From the NCBI GenBank assembly GCA_031291955.1, contig JARLIA010000009.1:1772-65771 (forward strand): a stretch of DNA of 64,000 nucleotides. The letters run 5' to 3'. The DNA is from Minisyncoccota bacterium (GTDB lineage Bacteria; Patescibacteriota; Minisyncoccia; Moranbacterales; UBA2206). The notes under the pieces were generated by a model. It worked only from the letters and a program-made list of their open reading frames with translations, ran no database searches and was not told the DNA's origin. This document shows, one piece after another, positions 9,511-18,215 of the stretch. Position 1 is the stretch's first letter. Every line of letters starts with the position of its first letter. The translations under genes were made by a program, and so were the position numbers.

Positions 9511-10728
9511 ATGATATTCGACTTATTCAAAGAAACAATCTGGTCGCTCACCGGAAATAAAGTCCGGTCGGCTTTGACGATGCTTGGCATCATCATCGGT
9601 ATCGCCTCGGTCATCGCTATGGTGGCTATCGGCCAGGGCGCCCAAAATTCAATCGCCCAAAATATCCAGTCGCTCGGCTCCAATCTGATCATCGTCATGC
9701 CGGGTTCCCAACAAGGCGGCGGCATCAGCCAGGGCCGGGGTAGCGCCCAGACCTTGACCCGGGAAGACGCCACGGCGCTTGGCACTCTTCCGGACGTCCA
9801 AGCGGTCGCGCCGGAAATATCCCGCCGCTACCAGGTCACGGCCGGCGGCAACAACACCAATACCCAGGTGGATGGTTCCTTGCCGTCCTACATGCAAGTC
9901 CGGAACGTCCAAATCGATTTGGGCTCCTTTTTTACCGATCAACAAGTCCAGAGCGGCGCTAAAGTGGCCGTCTTGGGACCGACCGCCCGAGATGATCTTT
10001 TCGGCGCCGACGCCAATCCGGTCGGGGCTAGCGTCCACATCAACAATGTGGCTTTCACTGTGATCGGCGTTACTGTTTCCAAGGGTGGTTCGGGATTTAA
10101 TAATCCCGATGACTACATTTATGTCCCCATCACAGCCGACCAATATTATCTGGCCGGCGCCAACGCCAATTATGTTTCCGATATCAGCGTAGCCGCCACC
10201 AGTTCCGACACTATCGCGACCGCTCAACAGGAAGTTACGGACTTACTGTTGCAACGCCATAAAATTACCGACCCGACGGCTGCTGACTTCAGTATCCTGA
10301 ACCAGTCCGATATCATCTCAGCCGCCTCTAGTGTGACCGGCACGTTCACTACCCTACTCGCTTCGATCGCCGGCATCTCCCTTTTGGTCGGCGGCATCGG
10401 CATTATGAATATGATGCTCACCACCGTCACTGAACGGACGCGCGAAATCGGTCTTCGAAAGGCCGTCGGCATCCGCAAGATTTATATCAATTTGCAGTTC
10501 CTGGCTGAAGCGGTCGTGCTGACTTTTTTGGGAGGCGCCATTGGTATTCTTCTGGGCTGGATAACTTCGATCGTCGCCTCGCGACTTTTGAATATGACCA
10601 CGGTGGTTTCCCCTTCGGCAGTCTTTTTGGCTTTCGGCGTTTCGGCTGCCATCGGCATCATTTTTGGATTTTACCCGGCAAGACGCGCGGCCGCTTTGAG
10701 CCCGATCGAAGCGTTGAGATATGAATAG
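9511..10728 (+). CDS. ABC transporter permease, MacB/FtsX family (large periplasmic domain between TM1 and TM2)
   Basis: A MacB_PCD-like region of about 200 aa after TM1, then a C-terminal FtsX module (LLVGGIGIMNMMLTTVTERTREIGLRKAVGI...). Confidence 0.9.
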   Translation: MIFDLFKETIWSLTGNKVRSALTMLGIIIGIASVIAMVAIGQGAQNSIAQNIQSLGSNLIIVMPGSQQGGGISQGRGSAQTLTREDATALGTLPDVQAVAPEISRRYQVTAGGNNTNTQVDGSLPSYMQVRNVQIDLGSFFTDQQVQSGAKVAVLGPTARDDLFGADANPVGASVHINNVAFTVIGVTVSKGGSGFNNPDDYIYVPITADQYYLAGANANYVSDISVAATSSDTIATAQQEVTDLLLQRHKITDPTAADFSILNQSDIISAASSVTGTFTTLLASIAGISLLVGGIGIMNMMLTTVTERTREIGLRKAVGIRKIYINLQFLAEAVVLTFLGGAIGILLGWITSIVASRLLNMTTVVSPSAVFLAFGVSAAIGIIFGFYPARRAAALSPIEALRYE

Positions 10729-10787
10729 TCAGAACCACTGATTTGCACATGATTTCACTGGAATTTAATTATTAATTTACAAATAAC

Positions 10788-11288
10788 ATGCAAGGAAAAA
10801 CTATTGCCATTATGATTGCAATAGCCGTCATCTTCGGGGCTGGCGGTTTCTATGGCGGTATGCAGTACGCCAACAGTTCGGCGGCTTCGCAAAAATCCAG
10901 CCGATTCGGCGGAGCGGGCGGTGGCAATTACGCCGCGATGCGCGGCGGACAGGGAGCGGGTCGCGGCGGAGCGGCGATGGGTGGCGCCAATGGTAACGGC
11001 GGATTTATTACCGGTCAAATAACGGCCGTAAGCGGAAGCAGCATCACTGTCCAAGAGCGTGATGGCAGTTCAAAGATCGTCCTTTACTCCGGCTCGACCG
11101 CGGTTGGAAAAACAGTCAGTGGCTCCGTTTCAGATCTGGCCGCTGGCGATAATGTCATGATCACCGGCGCCGCCAATTCCGATGGCTCCGTCACTGCCCA
11201 AAGCATCCAGATCAGACCGGCCGCGCCGAACACAAACGGCACACCAGCCAATCCGTCCGGCGGAAGCACTTCCAATTCAGGCAATTAG
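10788..11288 (+). CDS. membrane-anchored secreted Gly-rich protein with DUF5666-like beta domain (paralog of 6914-7474)
   Basis: N-terminal TM, a long Gly/Ala-rich linker, then ITGQITAVSGSSITVQERDGSSKIVLYSGSTAVGKTVSGSVSDLAAGDNVMITGAANSDGSVTAQSIQIR. Confidence 0.55.
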   Translation: MQGKTIAIMIAIAVIFGAGGFYGGMQYANSSAASQKSSRFGGAGGGNYAAMRGGQGAGRGGAAMGGANGNGGFITGQITAVSGSSITVQERDGSSKIVLYSGSTAVGKTVSGSVSDLAAGDNVMITGAANSDGSVTAQSIQIRPAAPNTNGTPANPSGGSTSNSGN

Positions 11289-11462
11289 ATTTATTCTTCG
11301 GGGGAAGAATAATGTTTCGCAACGCAAAGAGCGGGTTTTGTGCCTGCTCTTTGTAGTTTACAACCTTTAACCATTCTGCTCACGATTGATTTGACTTGAA
11401 ATCAGCTACGAGCTATCATTTTGACGATAAAACAATTTTCAAAAAAATCTATGGAGTTTCCA

Positions 11463-12143
11463 ATGAGAATCAACAAATATCTGGCGCAAAAAAATATCGC
11501 TTCCCGCCGTGAAGCGGACGAGCTGATAAAGGCCGGGCAAGTGAAAATAAATGAGCAGCCAGCCAAACTGGGCGATCTGGTGCAAGAAGCAGACCAGGTC
11601 ACTTTTTCCAATGAGAAAAAATGCGTCTATTACGCACTGAATAAACCCGCCAGACTGGTGACGCACAGCCCGCAGAAAGGCGAGAAGAGCATCCTGGAAA
11701 CCGTGAAATTTCCCGTGAAAGTTTTCCCGCTTGGACGCCTCGACAAAGATTCGCGCGGACTGATCATTCTTACCAATGACGGACGGGTGACTGATAAACT
11801 TTTGAATCCGGAAAATGAGCACGAAAAAAAATATCTGGTAGAAGTGAATAAAGCCATAACCAAAGAATTCCTGCAAAAAATGAGGGATGGCGTAAAGCTG
11901 GACGACGGTTACCGGACCAAAAAATGCGCCGTTAAACGCGAAATGCCAAACTTCTTCTCTATCACGTTGACGGAAGGAAAAAAGCGCCAGATCAGACGGA
12001 TGTGCTCAGCTCTCGGCTATCGCGTTGTCGACCTCGTTCGCACCAGCATCATGAACATCCACCTGAACGATTTGCCAGAGGGACAATTCCGGCCGATCAA
12101 AAAAACCGAATTGCAGAAATTCTTGCAGAATTTGGGGCTGTAA
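11463..12143 (+). CDS. rsuA: RsuA/RluB-family rRNA pseudouridine synthase (S4 domain + catalytic domain)
   Basis: S4 domain (MRINKYLAQKNIASRREADELIKAGQVKIN) and catalytic motif PLGRLDKDSRGLIILTNDG. Start chosen at the internal Met; the ORF track begins at 11421. Confidence 0.85.
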   Translation: MRINKYLAQKNIASRREADELIKAGQVKINEQPAKLGDLVQEADQVTFSNEKKCVYYALNKPARLVTHSPQKGEKSILETVKFPVKVFPLGRLDKDSRGLIILTNDGRVTDKLLNPENEHEKKYLVEVNKAITKEFLQKMRDGVKLDDGYRTKKCAVKREMPNFFSITLTEGKKRQIRRMCSALGYRVVDLVRTSIMNIHLNDLPEGQFRPIKKTELQKFLQNLGL

Positions 12144-12166
12144 CGCCGAAGAAGAAAATTTTTGAG

Positions 12167-12664
12167 CTACGCTGTTCCGGTTTCATCCTTCACTCTTTCA
12201 TATTCCACCCAAGTGAGGAGCACCACGAAAATATCCAAAATCGTAAGCGTCAACATGAAAACCGACTGGTTCAAAAAATATTCATATGTTTGGTAGGCGA
12301 TAAAAATCAAAAAGAAAATAATAGCCGTCACATATGCCCATAACTTCTTTTCCCAAAGATTGACCACCAAAAATATTTTTATTATCCCATGCGCCAAAAG
12401 ATAAACGACACCGAAAACTTGCGCCCCGACCGTGAAATCATGAGCCAGATGTAAAAGAAAATTAGCTGCCACATCCCTTGGGTCCTCAATTAATTCGCTT
12501 TGAGTAAAATAAATCACCCAGCGATTAAGACTGGCGGGACTGATAAAGATCAAAATTACTCCACCGGCAATTTCTAAAATGCCGTCAATAAGCTTGACTG
12601 TTACGCCCACCTCGAAAGCGTCGTGAATAATTTTGCTTTTTTTGAGATACTTCCAAACACGCAT
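12167..12664 (-). CDS. small multi-pass membrane protein (DUF2127-like), hypothetical
   Basis: 165 aa, four hydrophobic segments. Convergent with rsuA, 23 nt between stops. Confidence 0.5.
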   Translation of the reverse strand: MRVWKYLKKSKIIHDAFEVGVTVKLIDGILEIAGGVILIFISPASLNRWVIYFTQSELIEDPRDVAANFLLHLAHDFTVGAQVFGVVYLLAHGIIKIFLVVNLWEKKLWAYVTAIIFFLIFIAYQTYEYFLNQSVFMLTLTILDIFVVLLTWVEYERVKDETGTA

Positions 12665-12767
12665 AGAAATTTATTTCTTCTATTATAGCACTCTCCGAGA
12701 CCAGTCGAAACAACTCCCTGGATTTAGCAAATTTCCACTTTTGTGTTATGATACAAGTAATAAAACT

Positions 12768-13835
12768 ATGGAGGAACAAAAAATAAAAAAGAGGAGAAAA
12801 GGCAAAAAGAAAAAACGGGAAATTATTTATCTACTGGTCCTGACAATCATCTTGGTCGGATCCGGCGCATATTTTTTCCGGATAACCCATCCGAAAAAAA
12901 CTGTCAGCCAAAAACATTTTGTCCCTTCCGTCATTCCGCCGAAAGCCCGGAACAATCCACAAAGTCCGACTCAAATCTTTTTCGCCACCAATGGTAAAAG
13001 CACTATTTATAAAGTTCAGGAAGGCAGCAAGTGGACTGTGGTTTTCAATGGCCTGAAAAGCAAGGCCTATGATTATGTTTCCAACCCGGTTTTCAGTCCG
13101 GACGGCACTCAATTCGCCTTTAACGCCGAGATTGGCAATCAAGCTTACGTCATAGTTAATAACACCCAAATAATCAACGCCTACCAAAAAGCCGACAATA
13201 TCGTTTTCAGCCAGAACAATCAAACCATCGCTTTTCTGGCAGCCAAAAACGACAGCACCTACGTCGTCATCTCCAGCCAAGTTACAACAACTACCACCAC
13301 TGCCACGACATCCGTCACCCAAAGCAAGCCGATCCAGCAGATCGGCGCCGTTACTACCGCGTCCGGAGATACCACTTCGATTGTTATCAGCGCGGATGGT
13401 AGCCAAGTGGCCTATATTGTCCAAAATGGCAGCCAAACTTCAGTGGTCATCAACAATCAAACCGTCGCCACCTATGACAATATCTCCGATCTGACCGTCA
13501 ACAATGATGGCACTTGCTCATATCAAGCTCAAAACGGCGACCAAACGGTAACGGTTGTCGATGATAAAGTAACCTCGACCAACTCAAATCCTTCAACTGA
13601 TTCTTCTGGGTCCACCTCTTCAACCACATCTACCACTTCACTCAACACCACCTCATCTACTTCTGGCAACACTTCGACGGGCGGCACTTCGACTCAGAAT
13701 ACTTCTTCCAGCAACTCTTCTTCTCCCAGTTCCAAATATTATGATTACAAATATCAATATTCCAGCGGACAGGATCTCACTGCAGATCCCAGCCAACCAA
13801 ACTACTCCCCTTGTCAAAGCGGAAATTGCAACTAG
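12768..13835 (+). CDS. secreted/membrane-anchored PD40 (TolB-like) beta-propeller repeat protein with Ser/Thr-rich tail
   Basis: Start taken at MEEQKIKKRRKGKKKKREIIYLLVLTIILVGSGAYFF (Lys-rich N-terminus plus TM). Repeats with PVFSPDGTQFAF, SADGSQVAY and NNDGTCSY spacing. The C-terminal ~120 aa are almost pure S/T/N, ending CQSGNCN. Confidence 0.6.
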   Translation: MEEQKIKKRRKGKKKKREIIYLLVLTIILVGSGAYFFRITHPKKTVSQKHFVPSVIPPKARNNPQSPTQIFFATNGKSTIYKVQEGSKWTVVFNGLKSKAYDYVSNPVFSPDGTQFAFNAEIGNQAYVIVNNTQIINAYQKADNIVFSQNNQTIAFLAAKNDSTYVVISSQVTTTTTTATTSVTQSKPIQQIGAVTTASGDTTSIVISADGSQVAYIVQNGSQTSVVINNQTVATYDNISDLTVNNDGTCSYQAQNGDQTVTVVDDKVTSTNSNPSTDSSGSTSSTTSTTSLNTTSSTSGNTSTGGTSTQNTSSSNSSSPSSKYYDYKYQYSSGQDLTADPSQPNYSPCQSGNCN

Positions 13836-13910
13836 CGTTTAAAAATGCCGCGAAATATTTGAACTTTCCCGACGTACTATTTGCGAAAGTTTAATTATTC
13901 AGACATCCAT

Positions 13911-14612
13911 ATGAACAAGCGAGTGTTGGCGGCAGTTGCGATTGTCTTCATAGGAATAGTTGTTTATTTTATCCAGACAAAAAAATATTCTTCTCCAACA
14001 GAAACCGCCGCTCCAAAAAATACCGCCTCTGTTTCCCAAAATTATTCTTCGCCGGCCGCCAATAATATTCCACTCGCACCAACCGCCGCCTCCAATGCTT
14101 CAAGCGCCAGCGGTTTCATGCCGCCGCTTCCCGACGCCAAGACTCGTGTCACTAAAAAACCCTTTGGAATATATATCACCCCCGCCACTTCTCCCGTCCA
14201 GCCGGAAAGATTCGCCGGTTACCACACCGGGGCCGATTTTGAAATTTTCCCGAGCGAACTGAACGCCACAGTGCCGGTGGACGCCGTCTGTAGCGGAAAA
14301 TTAGCACTGAAAGAATACGCCAGCGGCTACGGCGGCGTGGCGGTCGAGAGTTGCACGCTCGCAAGTCAATCGATTACGGTGATTTATGGTCACTTGAATC
14401 TGGCCAGCGTAAAACCCAACATCGGGGACGTGATGCCCGCCGGCCAACCCTTCGCCGATCTGGGCGCCAATAAAAGCGTCGAGACCAACGGTGAACGGAA
14501 ACATCTTCACCTGGGTTTTCACAAGGGAACGGCGATTAATATTTTGGGCTACGTCCAAAACAAGAGCCAACTGAACAATTGGATCAATCCATGTCTTTAC
14601 GTTTGTAAATAA
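13911..14612 (+). CDS. M23 family metallopeptidase (LytM-like peptidoglycan endopeptidase)
   Basis: HxxxD (YHTGADF), YGHLN, and HLHLGFH (HxH) motifs after an N-terminal TM and a Pro/Ala/Ser-rich linker. Confidence 0.8.
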   Translation: MNKRVLAAVAIVFIGIVVYFIQTKKYSSPTETAAPKNTASVSQNYSSPAANNIPLAPTAASNASSASGFMPPLPDAKTRVTKKPFGIYITPATSPVQPERFAGYHTGADFEIFPSELNATVPVDAVCSGKLALKEYASGYGGVAVESCTLASQSITVIYGHLNLASVKPNIGDVMPAGQPFADLGANKSVETNGERKHLHLGFHKGTAINILGYVQNKSQLNNWINPCLYVCK

Positions 14613-14695
14613 TATTGGGGGGAATTATAAAAGGACGATTGCGTAAGACACAATCATCCCTTTTGATTTAATACTGCCAGAGCATCCGCTCCAGA

Positions 14696-15073
14696 CTAAA
14701 GCTGCATCAATTCACCCAGAAGTTTTTCCAAGGCTACAATGAACAAAACGGGTTTGGTTTTGATTAAATTTTCATCCGCCCCGATTAGCTGCTCGGCTAT
14801 TTCTTTCCCGCCCCATCCAAGATTGGAAATTGTTTCAAGAGCCTTTGCTCTTTGACGCGCACTGATTGAACATGAGCTTTTTATTTTCCCAATGAGTTCT
14901 ACCTTTTCAGTTATTAATTGAACTTCCTCGGGACTTTTCACTAAAAAAACAAGAAACATTATCAACCCCGGGTGCTCATCTATTCCAAACACCTTTAAAT
15001 CAGATGGAGCTATTACTGATTTCTTGCCAGGAACTTCTTTCCTTCTACTATTGATATCAATAACATCGCCCAT
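14696..15073 (-). CDS. hypothetical protein (125 aa)
   Basis: Complete ORF with its own upstream terminator/promoter gap; no recognisable motif. Confidence 0.4.
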   Translation of the reverse strand: MGDVIDINSRRKEVPGKKSVIAPSDLKVFGIDEHPGLIMFLVFLVKSPEEVQLITEKVELIGKIKSSCSISARQRAKALETISNLGWGGKEIAEQLIGADENLIKTKPVLFIVALEKLLGELMQL

Positions 15074-15162
15074 TATAATCTCCCTCTGATTATTATTTTA
15101 AGGTTCAATCCTCCTCAAAACTCCCTCCCAGTCTTACTAAACAGATTACCCCAACCAGCCGA

Positions 15163-15190
15163 AAAAGGCAAATAAAAAAAACGCGGTTTC
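15163..15190 (-). terminator. Rho-independent terminator after the retropepsin-like gene
   Basis: aaacgcgg-tttc-ccgcgttt hairpin followed on the minus strand by a 9-nt T-tract. Confidence 0.7.
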
Positions 15191-15220
15191 CCGCGTTTGC
15201 GCTAAAAATATTCTCACTGT

Positions 15221-15592
15221 CTAGTTCGATGATTTCAGTTCGACTTTGGCGTTCATTACATCCACGACCAGAATTTTTCCAAGTAGCTTGAGCAGTTTCG
15301 TTCCGAGAAGAACATTACAATTTGGCTGAATATCGATTGTTGTTTCGATGCTTTTCCCGTCAACCTCGACTGTGCCGATGCAAACAAAATAATGCGAAAG
15401 AGACCCGTCCGCCAAAGTGCTCGACTGGATTCCGAACAAAACCAGTCCCAAAGGAAAGGCTTCCGCGTAAGGAAGCGTCAGGTATCCATTGAATCCCGTA
15501 TCCACCAGCGCCTTGATTGTTTTGGGCTGTTTTGAAATTCCGCTTATTTTTATTTCAACATAAGGGCTGTCGTTTTCAAAAGTTCCAACCAT
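15221..15592 (-). CDS. single-domain retropepsin-like (clan AA) aspartic protease
   Basis: ALVDTGFNGYLTLP carries the D-T/S-G-A-like catalytic triad motif in a ~120-aa beta-rich protein, the size of one retropepsin protomer. Confidence 0.6.
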   Translation of the reverse strand: MVGTFENDSPYVEIKISGISKQPKTIKALVDTGFNGYLTLPYAEAFPLGLVLFGIQSSTLADGSLSHYFVCIGTVEVDGKSIETTIDIQPNCNVLLGTKLLKLLGKILVVDVMNAKVELKSSN

Positions 15593-15863
15593 AGTTTACT
15601 TTTTTGTAATTGACTGCTGGTTTTTCAAGATTGCCCACCTGGACAATGAAAAACAACTTGCTGCCGAACTTTTTTTGCGCCTCTTCGACGGCAACCAGCC
15701 TGTCGGAATTTAAAGCATATTGCTTGGTCTGGACATCCAGCACCAAAAATTGGCCGCGACTGGTCCGCTCCAGGTCTTCTTTTAATTCATCGAAATAAAT
15801 CCTTTCTCCCATTTGAGTTATTTCCGCCGGGGAAAGTGATCTTGGACTATTTGTGGTCTCCAT
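15576..15863 (-). CDS. hypothetical 95-aa protein translationally coupled to the retropepsin-like protease
   Basis: Its 3' end overlaps the protease start by 17 nt. A promoter-like TTGACC...TAATAT lies upstream. Confidence 0.45.
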   Translation of the reverse strand: METTNSPRSLSPAEITQMGERIYFDELKEDLERTSRGQFLVLDVQTKQYALNSDRLVAVEEAQKKFGSKLFFIVQVGNLEKPAVNYKKVNYGWNF

Positions 15864-15955
15864 ATTGTTTAGAGTATATTAATTTCAAACAGCGGTCAAA
15901 CGTGAAAGTTATCATAGGTAATACACTCGGTAGCTAAATATAATTCCGATGTTTC

Positions 15956-16678
15956 CTATTCACCATAACTTCCCGGCGCATGCGTTTTGGCGTAATTGTT
16001 CAGCCAGTTTTGCTGGCCGGCGTCGATGCCGCCTTGGTAGAGTTTTGATTCACCCATAATTTTGTCAATCGGCCAGCCTTGGACGGCATAGCGATAGAGC
16101 GCCACCATAATTCCCGCCCGGCCGATGCCGCCGCGACAATGGACTTCAGCTGGCTGGTTTTCGGGTTTAGTTACGAACGCCAAGAATTGCTCAGCTTGAG
16201 CGTCGGTCGGTGGCGCGCCGTCAAGCATTTGGATTTTGAGATAATTCAAACCAAGCGCGGTGAAACCGGGAATTTTGGCATCATCGGACACTTCGTTGTG
16301 GTCGCCATCAATCCGCAAATCAACATCACTTTTCCAGCCATTAGCTTTCAACCATGTGAAATCGGCAATCGTCGGCTGGCCGCTGCGGGACAAAATGCCC
16401 GGTACCGGAATGGCAAACGACCAAAAGCCATAATCTTTCGGCGCGTCTGCCGGAACATTTCCCCGCGGCCCGACAAAATTATATTCCGGAGCAGCCGGAG
16501 CGACAGTCGGAGTTGGTTTTTGACTGGCGGTTTGGGCGGAAGTATTTTTATTTGTAATATTTTGAGCTTCCGGTGTGTTTTTCGGCGCCAAAGTTTTATG
16601 CCCGTAAAAAAGAAAAACCAACGCGCCAAGCACGATAACAACCATTGTGGGGAAAATATATTTTTTAGCTGTTTGCAT
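15956..16678 (-). CDS. membrane-anchored/secreted protein-tyrosine (dual-specificity-type) phosphatase
   Basis: P-loop VHCRGGIGRAG (C-x5-R) near the C-terminus; N-terminal TM and a Thr/Pro-rich linker. Confidence 0.75.
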   Translation of the reverse strand: MQTAKKYIFPTMVVIVLGALVFLFYGHKTLAPKNTPEAQNITNKNTSAQTASQKPTPTVAPAAPEYNFVGPRGNVPADAPKDYGFWSFAIPVPGILSRSGQPTIADFTWLKANGWKSDVDLRIDGDHNEVSDDAKIPGFTALGLNYLKIQMLDGAPPTDAQAEQFLAFVTKPENQPAEVHCRGGIGRAGIMVALYRYAVQGWPIDKIMGESKLYQGGIDAGQQNWLNNYAKTHAPGSYGE

Positions 16679-16717
16679 ATTGGTTTTGACTTAAAATGAT
16701 TTATTGATTATTTGATT

Positions 16718-18121
16718 CTACCGTGAATTATCCTTCACCAAACTCGCAGCGATAAAATTATTTCCCCGTTCCGTTCCAGTGACCTCCACGTCATCACCCT
16801 TTTGAACCACGTCCAAACTCAAGCCGGCTCCACTCTTGTTTACTACTCTGGAATAATTATACACTTCCACAGCATATAATCCGCCTTTGATGCTGACCGC
16901 CAGCTGACCGGCTTTCCCTGTACTGGCATTGACACTTTCTACCTTACCTTTCCATGCCTCCCTATCACCAGCTCCCCCGCCACCGGATTTCATACCGGCG
17001 GTCGCGTCGTCGACATTGACTATCTGGGGACTTCCCGGTGTCGGCGCGCCAGCCGGATAAGTAACAATTTGACGCGGCGTACCGTCGAGATTATTTTGAT
17101 CAATGGCGATCGTGCTGGCAAAACCATGAACTTTATAAACCCTGACCACTTGTCCGGTCGCCGGCACCGCTTCCACGACCCTGCCCGCGCCCGCCTCGTC
17201 AATCAAAATGTCACCGTTTCCCAGCATAGCCGTGTCGGTCGGATAATTAATATGGCTTTCGTCGGAAAGCTTGTCGAGATCCCAAACGATCTTTCCAGCC
17301 CGATCAACTTCAAAAACTTCACCTTTCAATCGATCGGAAACAATGAAATTATCTCCGTCCGGCGTGACATTCTCCAACCACTTAGCATTAGGCTTGGTAT
17401 ATTGCCAAAGAATTTTTTTGGTCGCCCGGTCAATCAGAATAACCTTATTTGCCAGTGTTTCCGTAATCAAAAATTCCTGGCCATCCTTCAACGGCAAGAC
17501 ACTGGTGTTTCCATCGAGTTCGTCCGGACCATTACCAAGAACGTGATATTGGCCATACTGCCAGACAATTTGGTTAGTTCTTTGGTCAACCACGATCACT
17601 TCCCGATCATTGCTATCATTAATTACTAATTCGTGATCATTGATCTTCCAGGCTTTGTGCGGCTCATCAAGTTTGCCGCCCCGATAAGTCTGAACACCGG
17701 CCGTTCCATACTGCCAAACCAGATTGTGCGTCTTGCGGTCAATCTCCTGCACCATCATGGCGTCGCCATATGAGTCAATCAGATTGCCGTTCGGCGCAAC
17801 CGTCACCCTTTCCACTCCGCCAATGAAATACCAACTCGAGCTCGGAAGCGGAGAGGCGGAAATGTTCTGCGCCCAGACCACTTTCCCCGCTGGATCAAAC
17901 CCGACCACGCGGTTATTGTTGAAATCGGAAAACCAAAGGATGGCAAAGCCAGGATCACTCAAGGGCAGCTTTTGCTTATCTGCCGCGGAAGATTCGTTTT
18001 GAGGCGGAATATTCTTATCAGGCCGCGCGTTCCATTGATTGTTTTTTTGACAAGCGAAAAAAAGCGCCCCACTTAAAGCTATGGCGATTATCCCGGTTAA
18101 GATTGACCAACGGCGACTCAT
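16718..18121 (-). CDS. secreted beta-propeller repeat lipoprotein (repeated xxVWQYG blades) with C-terminal DUF5666-like domain
   Basis: Signal with LFFAC lipobox-like cysteine; about 6 repeats ending in (I/L)VWQYG or ILWQYT; C-terminal GKVESVNASTGKAGQLAVSIKGG...LSLDVVQKGDDVEVTGTERGNNFIAASLV. Confidence 0.5.
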   Translation of the reverse strand: MSRRWSILTGIIAIALSGALFFACQKNNQWNARPDKNIPPQNESSAADKQKLPLSDPGFAILWFSDFNNNRVVGFDPAGKVVWAQNISASPLPSSSWYFIGGVERVTVAPNGNLIDSYGDAMMVQEIDRKTHNLVWQYGTAGVQTYRGGKLDEPHKAWKINDHELVINDSNDREVIVVDQRTNQIVWQYGQYHVLGNGPDELDGNTSVLPLKDGQEFLITETLANKVILIDRATKKILWQYTKPNAKWLENVTPDGDNFIVSDRLKGEVFEVDRAGKIVWDLDKLSDESHINYPTDTAMLGNGDILIDEAGAGRVVEAVPATGQVVRVYKVHGFASTIAIDQNNLDGTPRQIVTYPAGAPTPGSPQIVNVDDATAGMKSGGGGAGDREAWKGKVESVNASTGKAGQLAVSIKGGLYAVEVYNYSRVVNKSGAGLSLDVVQKGDDVEVTGTERGNNFIAASLVKDNSR

Positions 18122-18215
18122 AGTTTTTCTTCGAAGTTACTCTCATTATATCCTAATTTTGGCGCAAAACAAGATTGGATGGAAGCATTTCATTTTTTTA
18201 TGTTAGAATGATTAC

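Noticed and set aside
9649-10227. 192-aa minus-strand ORF inside the MacB/FtsX permease gene
   Set aside because: Antisense shadow; the plus-strand product has unmistakable FtsX and periplasmic-domain features.
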